Positions 12,765 to 25,045 of a stretch of 64,000 nt of DNA are shown in pieces. The stretch is from positions 1,922,001 through 1,986,000 of the forward strand of contig OZ024740.1 in the NCBI GenBank assembly GCA_964016885.1. Direction: 5' to 3'. Under the pieces are notes generated by a model that was not told the DNA's origin, ran no database searches, and saw only the letters and a program-made list of their open reading frames with translations. The position numbers were made by a program, and so were the translations under genes. Each line of letters starts with the position of its first letter. The first letter of the stretch is position 1. The DNA is from Eledone cirrhosa (Eukaryota).

Positions 12765-15417
12765 TCATCATCATCGTTTAACGTCCATCTTCCACGCTTG
12801 CATGGGTTTGGACTGGAATTTTCCCACTTGAGGCAAGATTGGTTGTCTTGCTCGTATAGGACTGTCTGGCGGCTTTTCTACGGCTGGATGCCCTTCCTAA
12901 CACCAACCACATTTACAGTGTGGACTGGGAGGTTCTTACCGTGTTACCTACACGGCCACATTACAGCGTGGACTGTGTGTCTTTTTGTCGTGACACCTAC
13001 ACGACCTCATTTATTTAGGACTGGATGTTGTGGTACCAACATAGCTTTACATTGAAAGGGGTGGTGTGGATGAGGTGGGGGTAGTGTGGGACGGGGGTGT
13101 ATTTTTGTTAGAGGTGCCTACTGACTGTAGGTTTCGCTTTGTACTTAGGCAAGGCGGGTCTTCTGTATTACTGTGTAGCGCCAAAGATCTCGGTCCAGTG
13201 ACATTGTCTTGGAGAGGTGTAAGTGTGTGAGGTCGGAATATATCAGGTCGTCCCAGGTTTTTCTGGGTCTGCCTACTCCGTGGCTACCGTCTATTTTTAT
13301 CACCCTGCACTTTTTTATACAGCTGTCGTCTTTCATGCGCATCACATGACCATACCAACGTAGTCTTCTCTCAAGTAAACATCTGATCCCTCTTATTTCT
13401 AATTTCTCCCTTAGTTCGTTTATGCTTTGCCGTTCACATATATTACTATTACACATCCAGCGGAGCATGCAAGCTTCCTTCCTCTCCAATCTGCGTATAT
13501 CCTCTGCACACAATGCCCAGGTCTCACTGCCATGTAACATTGCTGTTCGTATACATGCATCATACAGCCTGCCTTTCATTTTTAGAGAGAACCCTTTAGC
13601 GGCCAATAGTGGTATAAGCTCTCTGAACTTTTTTCATCCCGTTCTGACTCTAGCTACTGTACTTTCAGAGCACCCTCCACCACTGCTGATTTTGTCACCC
13701 AGGTAACGGAAGGTGTCCACTATTTCTATAGAACCATCTGTGCAATGGAATGAGCTAGTATTCTGTGGGCACTTGCTGCTACTTATTGCACCAGAGCACC
13801 GGCCACATATAAAATCTATATTCTTAGTTAGCTTACCTGTTTAGCCTACATCTTTTATGCACCCATACTTTGCATTTGGGACATAAAATGGAGTTTCTGC
13901 TTACTCCTTTCCTACACACTGAGCATGGCCATTTCCCGGAAGGGACCGGTGCCCTATTTTCCTTCCTACAAACTAGAACTTTAGTCTTAGACAGGTTAAT
14001 TTTAAGGCCTTTTGATTCTAGGCCATGCTTCCATGTTTGGAATTTCTTCTCTAGTTGAGCCATTGATTCAGCTATGAGCGTTAGACCATCTGCATATAGG
14101 ATTTCCCATTGGCAGCCGGTCTTGAACTCTTCTGTTATAGCCTGAAGGGCAATAATAAATAGTAGGGGGCATCACCTTTACCCTTGTAGCAGTTAATGAT
14201 GCTGCTGCTACGCCAGTCCTTCGGAACGACCCCATTCTGTATGACTTGGTTTACTATCCGGGAGACCATAGTGTGTCCCACCGTTCCAGATGCTTTCAGC
14301 AACTATTTCCGAAGGCCCAGCCACCTTACCCGTCTTCATATCTTTGATTGCCTTACTTATTATACAACCTTCAACTAGCACTGCTGGTCCCTCTATTGGA
14401 TCGATGTGCGGGAGACTGTCTTTCTCCCATTTATTCTCCTCATTTAGTAGCCTTTGGTAGTGATACTTCCAAGCTACCTTCTTATCAGCGTCAGTGATGG
14501 CAAGTACACCATCATCATTACGGACACACTTCTCCCCTACAATATCACGGTTCTCCTTGACACATTGCCTAGCAATCCTGAACACCTCACGTTTTTGGTC
14601 CTCGCGTTGTAGAATATGCTTGAACTTTCTTTCCTCTGCTTCCCTTCTTGCGAAGTACACTTGTCTCCTAGCTTCCCTCCTAGCCACTTGATAGTCTTCT
14701 CTACTTCCCCCATCCCACCATACTTTCCAAGCCTGCTTTTTGGCCTTAATTGACTCCTCCACCTTACTGTTCCACCACCAAGTTACTCTCCTCCTGCCTA
14801 TAGGCCTGCTCCAGCCACAGACTTCATCTGCCACCTTCAGCAGGTTAGCTTTCAGGAATACCCACTGTTCCTCTATATTGTACGACTCTAAGTGCTCTTC
14901 CTTACTGTCAAAAGCATCAAGTAATATGCTTTTAAATTTATTACTGGCTGTGGGGTCCTTTAGCTTCCATATTTTTCTCCTGAGGATAGTCCTCCTCTGT
15001 TGTCGAGTATGTCTTGTCCTGACTATGAGTCTATGTTGGGAGGTGCATTCGTCATGGGGAAGGGATTTAGTGTTTACAACAGACACTCTATCACGTCTTC
15101 TGGTAAGGATATAATCTATCTGACTGGCGTGTTCTCCTGATCTATAGGTGATCAAGTGATTGTCTCGTTTTTTAAAGTTAGTGTTACAGATAGTTAGGTT
15201 ATTTGCGTCACAGAATTCCAGGATTCTGGAGCCTTCCTCATTTCTAGTACCAAACCCATAGCCTCCATGGATTCCGTCATAGCCGTCACAATGTTGTCCA
15301 ACATGACCATTTAGGTCACCAGCAATAATTATATAGTCACTGTCTTTTATAACGCCAGGCAGTCCGGATTGGGGTGCGTATGCAGATATTACTGTCACAG
15401 TAGTTCTATTTAGGACT
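12765..15417 (-). mobile_element. Degenerate RTE LINE family A copy (5'-truncated, internally deleted)
   Basis: ORF fragments 14208-15398 (APE endonuclease: ISAYAPQ, AGDLNGHVG, SQIDYIL), 13833-14063 and 13145-13606. 3'UTR and (TGA)n tail at ~12765. A ~0.4-kb deletion of RT core motifs is joined at a GCCC microhomology near 14167. Confidence 0.95.
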
Positions 15418-15764
15418 CACTATATATATATATATATATATTCTTTACAGATTTCAGTCAATAGGCTGTAGTTAAACTGGGTCTCCACGTTCAAGGAATT
15501 TAATTGAACTCAACATGTTTTGTTTTGATTTTCTGCAAATTTTGGCACTTATTTTATCAATTTCTGTTTGTCAAACTGCTAATTTAAGAGTAAATGTAAA
15601 AACACACACATATCATTAAGATAACTACATTGCAAAGACCAGTATTCTTCTGTGAAGCCAGGAATTTACTTCAACCTTAGCCAGTTGCTAAACATCCACC
15701 TTGTATGAGTTAGATGCGGAGTCCTTTGCAGTGAAGCCTCCTTCCACCTAACATATATGCCTGG

Positions 15765-16128
15765 TATACCTGTTACCCCAAGTTAACCCTTATAACATTG
15801 TGACACTCCTAGTTCTGCCTACCCTACCTGTTACCCCAGGTAAACCCTTATAACATTGTGACACTCCTAAATCTGCCTGCTATACCTGTTACCCCAGGTT
15901 AACCCTTATGTCACCCTGACACTCCTAGGTCTGCCTGCTCTACCTATTACCCCAGGTTAACCCTTATGTCACCATTATGACATTATGACACTCCTAAATC
16001 TGCCTGGTATACCTGTTACCCCAGGTTAATCCTTATATCACCACGACACTCCTAGGTCTGCCTGCTATACCTGTTACCCCAGGTTAACCCTTATGTCACC
16101 CTGACACTCCTAGGTCTGCCTGCTATAC
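15765..16128. repeat. ~58-bp minisatellite, ~6 copies
   Basis: ACCTGTTACCCC (one variant) recurs at 15768, 15826, 15884, 15942, 16011 and 16069. Confidence 0.9.
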
Positions 16129-16321
16129 ATGTTGAAATACACAATGTGTTTCAAATGAAATACACAATCTGTGTGTTTCAATTAATTTTGAAAATCATTG
16201 GAAATTCAGAGGAATTTAATATAATAATTAACATTTTCAATACTAAGCTAATGTTTGAAAATTAAATCACTTAACAAAAATTTCTTTGAAAATTTTGGTT
16301 AAAGGTTTAAATATAAGTATT

Positions 16322-16451
16322 AATTCATAAAAATAATTTGAAATTCAATGCAAGGAATAACTATTAAAACAGACAAATGCCACCAATGAGTGTTTGGCTG
16401 TTTTAACAGTTATTCTTCCTGTGTTGAATTTTCAGATTATTTCTATGAATT
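16322..16451. repeat. Imperfect ~57-bp inverted repeat (probable old PLE/MITE remnant)
   Basis: AATTCATAAAAATAATTTGAAATTCAA..TAAAACAGACAAA pairs with TTTGGCTGTTTTAAC..TTATTTCTATGAATT. Confidence 0.65.
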
Positions 16452-16589
16452 TCAAATACACTCTCACTTCATCTTGATATTCAAGATAACAATCTAAACT
16501 ATAATAAAGTAAGGAGTGTGGGACTGTGTACGGTTTATAATTTTTTATCCCCTTAGTCAAATAAGTTGGATTACTTTGAATAAATAATT

Positions 16590-16729
16590 GTTTCTACTTT
16601 AGGCACATTACTGGTACTTTATTTTATCGTCCCCGTAAGGATGAAAGGCAAAGTTAACCTCAGCGGGACGTAACTATGCTAGAAAGCATGGCTTCCAACC
16701 CTCTACCGATACTGCCAATTCACCGCCCC
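16590..16729 (-). mobile_element. tRNA-derived SINE (same family as 58948-59135)
   Basis: The reverse complement reads GGGCGGTGAATTGGCAGTATCGGTAGAGGGTTGG..GAGGTTAACTTTGCCTTTCATCCTTACGGGGACGATAAAATAAAGTACCAG. Confidence 0.85.
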
Positions 16730-17058
16730 TTATTACTTTGAATAAATAATGAATGAATATTACATAATTTATCTACTAAATTTCGTAGCTGTTGATTAAA
16801 TATATTTTATTGTTTAAAGATTCACTTCTTTAAAATTTTCAAATGTCAGCACTTCCGGTTAGCGCCCGTTATATTATAACACTTATAAAAACATTGCATA
16901 TATTTCCGTCACTAATTTTTCTCCTAATGCAGTTTATATATAATATGGTCTTTTTTTAATGTATCATGGATTACGTTACTAATTACATAAGAGAGTGTAA
17001 CACAGTCTTTGTTCAATTTCTGTGGATATTGTCAATTACGATTTTATTTGATCGAAAT

Positions 17059-17310
17059 TGTGTAGGTGTCACGACAAAAAAACACAGTCCACGCTGTAAT
17101 GTGGCCGTGTAGGTAACATGGTAAAAAGTTCCCAGTTACACACTGTAAATGTGGTTGGTGTTAGGAAGGGCATCCAGACGTAGAAAACCTGCCAGACAGT
17201 CCTATATGAGCAAGACATGGTCACCCGAACAACCTTGCCTCAAGTGGGACAACTCCCGTCTAACCCATGCTAGCGTGGAAGATAGACGTTAAACGAAGAT
17301 GATGATGATG
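17059..17310 (+). mobile_element. 3'UTR-only fragment of RTE family A
   Basis: GTGTAGGTGTCACGACAAAAAAACACAGTCCACGCTG..GGAAGGGCATCC..(GAT)n matches 22258-22518. Confidence 0.9.
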
Positions 17311-17862
17311 ATCATCATCATCATATCTACATGCATATATACTTGCGTATAATATCAATATACACTCTACACATGCTAGCAGAAAACCACCCGTAGTGTT
17401 TATAAGTATTAATATTTTATGATGGGAAGTTTTATACCATAAAACCAGAGTTGTCTCAGGTGGTCTCAGGCCATTAAATAGGTTAACTCTGATTTTCATT
17501 CACTCTTTTGCTGCTACGTGCTACATTACTGTTCTGTATTAATATCACTCCAGCCACCCACACTTTCTCCCTCACTTCCATGTTGGCTAATCCAGCTGTA
17601 ATCTCTTTTATGTTGTTGACATATTTACATCATAGCTTAGATCATTGTCAGATAATCAACACTTCTCCATTTGAGAGGATATAAGACAGACAACTAGACA
17701 ACTGCTTCTCTACCTCGTCAGCCACCTTCTGGTGAGCAATTTCGTGCATTAGAGTGAAATTGCTGCTATAATACCAGACTGGAGAAACACTCTATTGGTA
17801 ATTAAAAATAATAATGAAAATTATTGTGCACAGTAGTGTGTGTGTGTGTGTGTGTGTGTGTA

Positions 17863-18060
17863 TCATCATCGTTTAATGTCCATTTTTCCACGCTAGCATG
17901 TGTTAGATAGGTTGTCCCATTTGTGGCAAGCTGGGTCAGGTGACAGTGTCTTGTTCTGGTTTCTACAGCTAGGTGCCCTTCCTAACGCCAACCATATTCA
18001 CAGTGAGTACAGGGAGCCTTTTGTCATGACACCTACATGACCACTTTACAGTGTGGGCTG
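17863..18060 (-). mobile_element. SINE 3' half with RTE-like tail
   Basis: The reverse strand contains GGTTGGCGTTAGGAAGGGCACC and ends GGACATTAAACGATGATGA. Confidence 0.7.
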
Positions 18061-18142
18061 GGTGTTTATATATATATATGATGAAAAATCGCCAACTCGC
18101 TATTTCTGGGATGGCTGTTCCCTTCGGTATAAAGTAACGTTC

Positions 18143-18752
18143 AAATTTTTCTCGATTCTTCTCTCCATTCGAACCCATTCATTCAATCACTTCTATGTCC
18201 TAAATTCACACTATATCATATTTTCACCATTATATATCATATCTTTTCTCTAAAAATCATATTTCCCCTATCACCGCATTTTCTCTACCGTATTTTCTTA
18301 AACAAAACAAATCTTGTATTTTCGTTTATTTTTAAATTATGCCCAAAATTTTTTCTCGATTCTTCTCTCCATTCGAACCCATTCATTCAATCACTTCTAT
18401 GTCCTAAATTCACACTATATCATATTTTCACCATTATATATCATATCTTTTCTCTAAAAATCATATTTTCCCTATCACCGCATTTCCTCTACCGTATTTT
18501 TTTAAACAAAACAAATCTTGTATTTTCGTTTATTGTTAAATTATGCCCAATTTTTCTCGATTCTTCTCTCCATTCGAACCCATTCATTCAATCACTTCTA
18601 TGTCCTAAATTCACACTATATCATATTTTCACCATTATATATCATATCTTTTCTCTAAAAATCATATTTTCCCTATCACCGCATTTTCTCTATCGTAATT
18701 TCTTAAACAAAACAAATCTTGTATTTTCGTTTATTGTTAAATCATGCCCAAA
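18143..18752 (+). repeat. Three tandem ~201-204-bp repeats in the LINE 5' region
   Basis: CTCGATTCTTCTCTCC starts at 18151, 18355 and 18556. Each unit ends in ATGCCCAA. Confidence 0.92.
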
Positions 18753-19102
18753 ATACGGCGATCTTATCTTAAACCTTACATTCTCGCTAACAACCCATCA
18801 TCCCTCCCGCCCCCACGCACCACCATTATTACGTGGACCAATCATAAGTCAGAGGCCCATACTATCGCTTAACTGGTTGCTTTTCGATATGATGGATGGA
18901 CTACGGAATTCTGGAGAGTTGAAGAGAGAAAAATGTGGACGCTCAGCGACAATGCCAAAGATAAAGCCAAATTCACCTCGTGGACGAGAATGCAAGCACT
19001 CCTCCTTGTTTCGGCCCAGGATGGCTAACATAACCCCATCCCCCCCCCGCGCCCCACCGCTCCCACCCTCCAAACGCAATCCAAAACTTCAGAGTCGGTA
19101 CC

Positions 19103-22100
19103 ATGAATGTAGGCACCTTAAAGGGTCGCTCTAACGAGGTTGTAGAAATGCTTGAACGTAAGGAGGTCGATGTTTGTTGTATTCAAGAGACCAGGTGGAG
19201 GGGAGGGTCGGCTAGATTCATCGTGGGTAAAGAGCGATGCTATAAGCTTTTCTGGGTGGGAAATGACAATGGGTTGGGTGGGGTAGGAATCATGGTAGCA
19301 GAAAAGTGGGCAGATAAGATAATAGACGTAAATAGAGTGAACGACAGAATAATTAAAATAAGACTTGTCCTCAATAAAACTACGGTGACAGTAATATCTG
19401 CGTACGCACCCCAATCCGGACTGCCCCGCGCTATAAAAGACAGATTCTACGAGACACTGATGCTCGCTACCTCCCAAATAACCGACAGTGACTATATAGT
19501 TATTGCAGGTGACCTAAATGGTCACGTTGGACAACATTGTGACGGCTATGACGGAATCCATGGAGGCTATGGGTTCGGTACTAGAAATGAGGAAGGCTCC
19601 AGAATCCTGGAATTCTGCGACGCAAATAACTTAACTATCTGTAACACTAACTTCAAAAAACGAGACAATCACTTGATCACCTATAGATCGGGGGAACACA
19701 CAAGCCAGGTAGATTATATCCTTACCAGAAGACGTGACAGAGTGTCTGTTGTTAACACTAAATCCCACCCCCATGAAGAATTCACCTCCCAACATAGACT
19801 GATAATTAGCGACCTCATAGTCAGGACGAGACGTACTAGACAGCGAAAGAGGACTATCCTCAGGAGAAAAATATGGAAGCTAAAGGACCCCATAGCCAGA
19901 AATAAATTTCAAAGCAAATTACTTGACGCTTTCGACAGTAAGGAAGAGCAATTAGAGTCGTATAATATAGAGGAACAGTGGGAATTCCTGAGAGCAAACC
20001 TGCTGACGGCGGCAGACGAAGTCTGTGGCTGGAGCAGGCCTGTAGGTAGGAGGAGAGTAACATGGTGGTGGAACAGTAAGGTGGAGGAGTCAATTAAGGC
20101 CAAAAAGCAGGCTTGGAAAGTATGGCGGGATGGGGGAAGTAGAGAAGACTATCAAGTGGCCAGGAGGGAAGCTAGGAGACAAGTGTACTTCGCAAGAAGG
20201 GAAGCAGAGGAAAGAAAGTTCAAGCATGTTCTACAACGTGAGGACCAAAAACGTGAGGTGTTCAGGATTGCCAGGCAATGTGTCAAGGAAAACCGTGATA
20301 TTGTCGGGGAGAAGTGTGTACTTAACGATGATGGCATACTTGCCATCACCGACGCTGATAAGAAGGTAGCTTGGAAGTGTCACTACGAAAGGCTTCTAAA
20401 TGAGGAGAACAAATGGGAGAAAGACAGTCTCCCCCAGATCGATCCAATAGAGGGACCAGCAGTGTTAGTTGAAGGTAGTATAATAAGTAAGGCAATCAAA
20501 GATATGAAGACGGGTAAGGCGGCTGGGCCTTCGGAAATAGTTGCTGAGATGCTGAAGGCATCTGGTTCGGTGGGACACACCATGGTCACCCGGATAGTTA
20601 ACCAAGTCGTACAGAATGGGGTTGTTCCGAAGGAATGGCGTAGCAGCATCATCGTTAACTGCTATAAGGGAAAAGGAGATGCCCTAGATAGGGGTAACTA
20701 TAGAGGCATTAAATTAATCGACCAGGTCATGAAGGTCACGGAAAAAGTAATAGCGCAACTAATCAGAGAGAGAATTGATCTAGATGAAATGCAGTTCGGG
20801 TTTGTGTCAGGCAAAAGTACCACAGACGCTCTTTTCATTGTACGACAACTACAGGAGAAGTACCTAGCTAAAAGTAAACCCCTATACTTAGCTTTTGTCG
20901 ACTTGGAGAAAGCCTTCGACAGAGTCCCCCGTTCCATTATCTGGTGGTCTCTTAGAAAACTAGGTGTTGACGAATGGCTTGTGAGAGCTATACAAGCCAT
21001 GTATAAAGAAACAGTCAGTAAGGTTAGAATTAACAACGAATATAGTGAAGAGTTTAGCGTAAAAGTTGGTGTCCATCAGGGCTCTGTACTTAGCCCCCTA
21101 CTATTTATTATTGCCCTTCAGGCTATAACAGAGGAGTTCAAGACCGGCTGCCCATGGGAACTCCTATACGCAGATGATCTAACGCTCATAGCTGAATCAA
21201 TGACCGAACTAGAGAAGAAATTCCAAACGTGGAAGCACGGCCTAGAATCAAAAGGCCTTAAAATTAACCTGGCTAAGACTAAAGTTCTAGTTTGTAGGAA
21301 AGAAAATAAGGCGGCGGTCCCATCGGGGAAATGGCCATGCTCAGTGTGTAGGAAAGGCGTAGGTAGAAACTCCATTTTATGTCCCAAATGCAAAGTATGG
21401 GTGCATAAAAGATGTAGTGGGATCACAGGTAAGCTAACTAAGAACATAGATTTTACATGTGGCCGGTGCTCTGGTGCAATAAGTAGCAGCAAGTGCCCAC
21501 AAAATACTAGCTCCTTCAACTGCGCAGAGGGTTCTATAGAAATAGTGGACAGCTTCCGTTATCTGGGTGACAAAATCAGCAGTGGGGGAGGGTGCTCTGA
21601 AAGTACAGTAGCTAGAGTCAGAACTGGATGGAAAAAGTTCAGAGAGCTTATACCACTATTAGCCGCTAGAGGGTTCTCCCTAAAAATGAAAGGCAGGTTA
21701 TACGATGCCTGCATACGAACAGCAATGCTGCATGGCAGTGAGACCTGGGCATTGTGTGCAGAGGATATACGCAGACTAGAGAGGAACGAAGCTTGCATGC
21801 TCCGCTGGATGTGCAATAGTAATATACGTGAACGGCAAAGCATAAACGAACTAAGAAAAAAATTAGAAATAAGAGGGATCAGATGTTGTTTACTCGAGAG
21901 AAGGCTACGTTGGTACGGTCACGTGATGCGCATGAAAGACAACAGCTGTATAACAAAGTGCAGGGCAATAAAGATAGACGGTAGCCACGGAGTAGGCAGA
22001 CCCAGATAAACATGGGACGAGCTGATAAATTCCGACCTCACACGCTTACACCTCTCCAAGACAATGTCACTGGACCGAGACCTTTGGCGGCACTCAGTAA

Positions 22101-22123
22101 TAGAGAAGACCCGCCTTACCTAA
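19103..22123 (+). pseudogene. RTE LINE endonuclease-reverse transcriptase ORF with a late nonsense codon at 22007-22009 and a probable 5' frameshift
   Basis: EN motifs FRVGTMNVGTL, CCIQETRW, GDLNGHVG and SQHRL. RT motifs NYRGIKLI, FVDLEKAFD, GVHQGSVLSP, LLYADD and FRYLG. AGA-TAA-ACA here corresponds to AGA-AAA-ACC in the 62-64 kb copy; the native stop is at 22121-22123. Confidence 0.93.
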
Positions 22124-22485
22124 ATACAAAGTAAAAACCTACTACAGTCAGTAGGCACCTCTATCAAAACACACCCCCGTCCCACCACCTCCACACCGCC
22201 CCTTTCAATGTAAAGTTATGTTGGTCCCACAACATCCAGGCCGAAACAAATGAGATCGTGTAGGTGTCACGACAAAAAACACACAGTCCACGCTGTAATG
22301 TGGCCGTGTAGGCAACACGGTAAAAACCTCCCAGCCCCACACTGTAAATGTGGTTGGTGTTAGGAAGGGCATCCAACTGTAGAAAACCCGCCAGACAGTC
22401 CTATGCGAGCAAGACAACCACTCTTGCCTCAAGTGGGAAAACCCCCGTCCAAACCCATGCAAGCGTGGAACACGGACGCTAAACC

Positions 22486-22519
<34 letters not shown>

Positions 22520-22581
22520 AAGTAAGGAACTAGAGCTTGGTAGAAGTGTTGGGATTTGTGTGTGGTATACATTCGGATCTA

Positions 22582-22632
22582 GCTGTCAAAACGTCCGGAG
22601 CTCAGCCATCGGGGTCCTGACTCTTTTCCTAT
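22582..22632 (+). mobile_element. Single arm of the PLE-like hairpin element found at 56300-56401
   Basis: GCTGTCAAAACGTCCGGAGCTCAGCCATCGGGGTCCTGACTCTTTTCCTAT is nearly identical to 56351-56401. Confidence 0.8.
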
Positions 22633-22636
22633 ATAT

Positions 22637-23760
22637 AAAGTTCTAGTATGTAGGAAGGAAAATAGGGCACAGGTGCCATCTGGGAAATGGCCATGCTCAG
22701 TGTGTAGGAAAGGAGTAGGCAGAAATTCCATTTTATGTCCCAAATGCAAAGTATGGGTGCATAAAAGATGTAGTGGGATCACAGGTAAACTATCTAAGAA
22801 CGTAGATTTTATATGTAGCCAGTGTTCAGGTGCAATAAGTAGCAAGTGCCCACAGGATACGAGCTCCTTCTATTGTCCAGATGGCTCTATAGAAATAGTG
22901 GACACCTTCCGTTACCTGGGTGACAAAATCAGCAGTGGTGGAGGGTGCTCTGAAAGTACAGTAGCTAGAGTCAGAACGGGATGGAAAAAGTTCAGCTTAT
23001 GCCACTATTGGTCACAAAAGGTGTCTCTCTAAACATGAAAGGCAGACTGTATGATGCCTGCATACGAACAGCTATGTTACATGGCAGTGAGACCTGGGCA
23101 TTGTGCAGAGGATCTGCGCAGATTGGAAAGGAACGAAGCATCCATGCTCCGTTGGATGTGTAATAGTAATATACGTGAACAGCAAAACATAATAGAACTG
23201 AGAAATTAAGAATAAGAGGAAGCAGATGCTGTTTACTCGAGAGAAGACTACGTTGGTATGGTCACGTGATACGCATGAAAGACGACGGCTGTATAAATAA
23301 GTGCAGGGCGACCAAAATTGACGGAAGTAACAGAGTAGGCAGACCCAGAAAAACCTGGGACGATTTGATAAATTCCGACCTTACACACTTGCACCTCTCT
23401 AAGACAATGCCACTGCAGTAATAGAGAAGACCCACCTTGCCTAAGTACAAAGCGAAACCTACAGTAGGCACTTCTTAATCAAATATACACCCCCATCAAC
23501 ACCTAAAGTTATGTTGGTACCACAACATCCAGTCCTAAATAAATGAGGTCGTGTAGGTGTCACGACAAAAAAACAGTCCACGCTGTAATGTGGCTGTGTA
23601 GGTAACACGGTAAAAACCTCCCAGTCCACACTGTAAACGTGGTTGGTGTTAGGAAGGGCAGACAGTCCTACACGAGCAAGACAACCAATCTTGCCTCAAG
23701 TGGGACCCCGTCTAAACCCATGCTAGCTTGGAAGATAGACGTTAAACGATGATGATGATG
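22637..23760 (+). mobile_element. 5'-truncated, decayed RTE family A copy (PHD to 3' tail)
   Basis: ORF 22673-23032 GKWPCSVC..HKRC..CSQC..FRYLGD, frameshifted C-terminus, 3'UTR and (GAT)n tail. Confidence 0.92.
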
Positions 23761-24732
23761 ATATATATAACCCGGCCAAAATACAGTTCTGTTTGAGAAA
23801 GGTATGGCACAGCCAACTGGCCAGACTTGCCTCATAACATGGACACCCTGTCTGACCCATGGAAAATAAGATGTTAAACAGTGATGATGATACACACATA
23901 TAAATTATCCTGCTTGCTTATCAATGCATCTCCATTATTCTGTGATGATTAATGTTTTAGGGGGTTTTGTTACTGTTTAGTGAGGGAGGAAAGGGCAGTG
24001 TTCATGGTCCTACTCAGGACTTCTTAGATTGCTGGGAGAGAGGAACGGAGGAAGTTATCCTCAGTTGGGAAACCTGGCTCAAAGTCCATATGTTTGTATT
24101 AACTCTTAACATGCCATCTTTCGTGTAACTGCATTCATCAGACATTCTTGAAATATATACCAGCTCAATGACTACATTACATAAGATATTTAAGTCTTTA
24201 CTGCATTGATCTATCCACTAGATGGCAAATTGGCAGAGTTGTTAGGACATCAGAATGCTTTGTGGTCAACTTTGCCTTTTATCCATTCAAGGTCAATAAA
24301 AACATACCAGTCAAATACTGGGGATCATTCTTCCTCTATATCTCTGCCTCACTTCCTCTCTCTAACTCCCTCTATCCTTCTCTGGAAGAAATCTGCTGTA
24401 TTCAGATCTGGAGAGGAGATGGGGCTCTGCCAGATTTAAAAAAATGCCCTACAAACACTGTATACAGTCAATACAGGTCCCCTACAACTCCCTCGAGAGT
24501 TAGGCTACCATGAATGCATGATCTATCCACTCGTAAAGATACTACGTGCAAATCTACATTTTTTTTTTTCTGCTAAATTATTACAGGATGTTAAGAATTA
24601 AATTAGATGATAGATTAAATTTACTACCCAAGTAGGTCACAGCACTATGACTGCATCACATAAAAAAATTGAAGACTTTACTTTAATACTACAAATTTTC
24701 AAAACAATCTGTCCACTGGTAAAGATACTGTA

Positions 24733-25045
24733 AGCTTAATGGTTCGAGTGTTGAGCTCACAACCACAAGGTTGTGAGTTGGAATCCCAGACCAGGCTGTG
24801 TGTTGTGTTAGCTGAGCTCCAAGACACTTTATTTCACGATGCTCCAGTTCACTCAGCTGTAGAAATGAGTTGTGATGTCACTGGTGCCAAGCTGTATCAG
24901 CCATTCCCTTTCCCTTGGACAACATCGGTGGTGTGGAGAGGGGAGACTGGTATGTATGGGCAACTGCTGGTCTTCTACAAACACATATTGCCTAGGAGGG
25001 GAACTTTCTAGGTTTAAAAGCATGGTCATTGGTGACCAAAGGGGC
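24733..25045 (+). mobile_element. tRNA-derived CORE-like SINE
   Basis: Degenerate A/B boxes (GCTTAATGG..GAGTTGGAATCCC), followed by CAAGACACTTTATTTCACGATGCTCCAGTTCACTCAGCTGTAGAAATGAG, which resembles 55430-55490 and the CORE domain. Confidence 0.7.

Larger units (their letters stand above)
18080..22519 (+). mobile_element. Near-full-length RTE-clade LINE (family A) with PHD-finger-containing RT
   Basis: Putative 5'UTR with three ~202-bp repeats, a single APE-EN + RT ORF, a ~360-bp 3'UTR and a (TGA)n tail at 22486-22518. The 5' boundary is approximate and no TSD was found. Confidence 0.93.

Noticed and set aside
24108-24148. Minus-strand CTGATGA..GAAA hammerhead-like motif
   Set aside because: Stem II is weak and there is no correctly placed NUH triplet.
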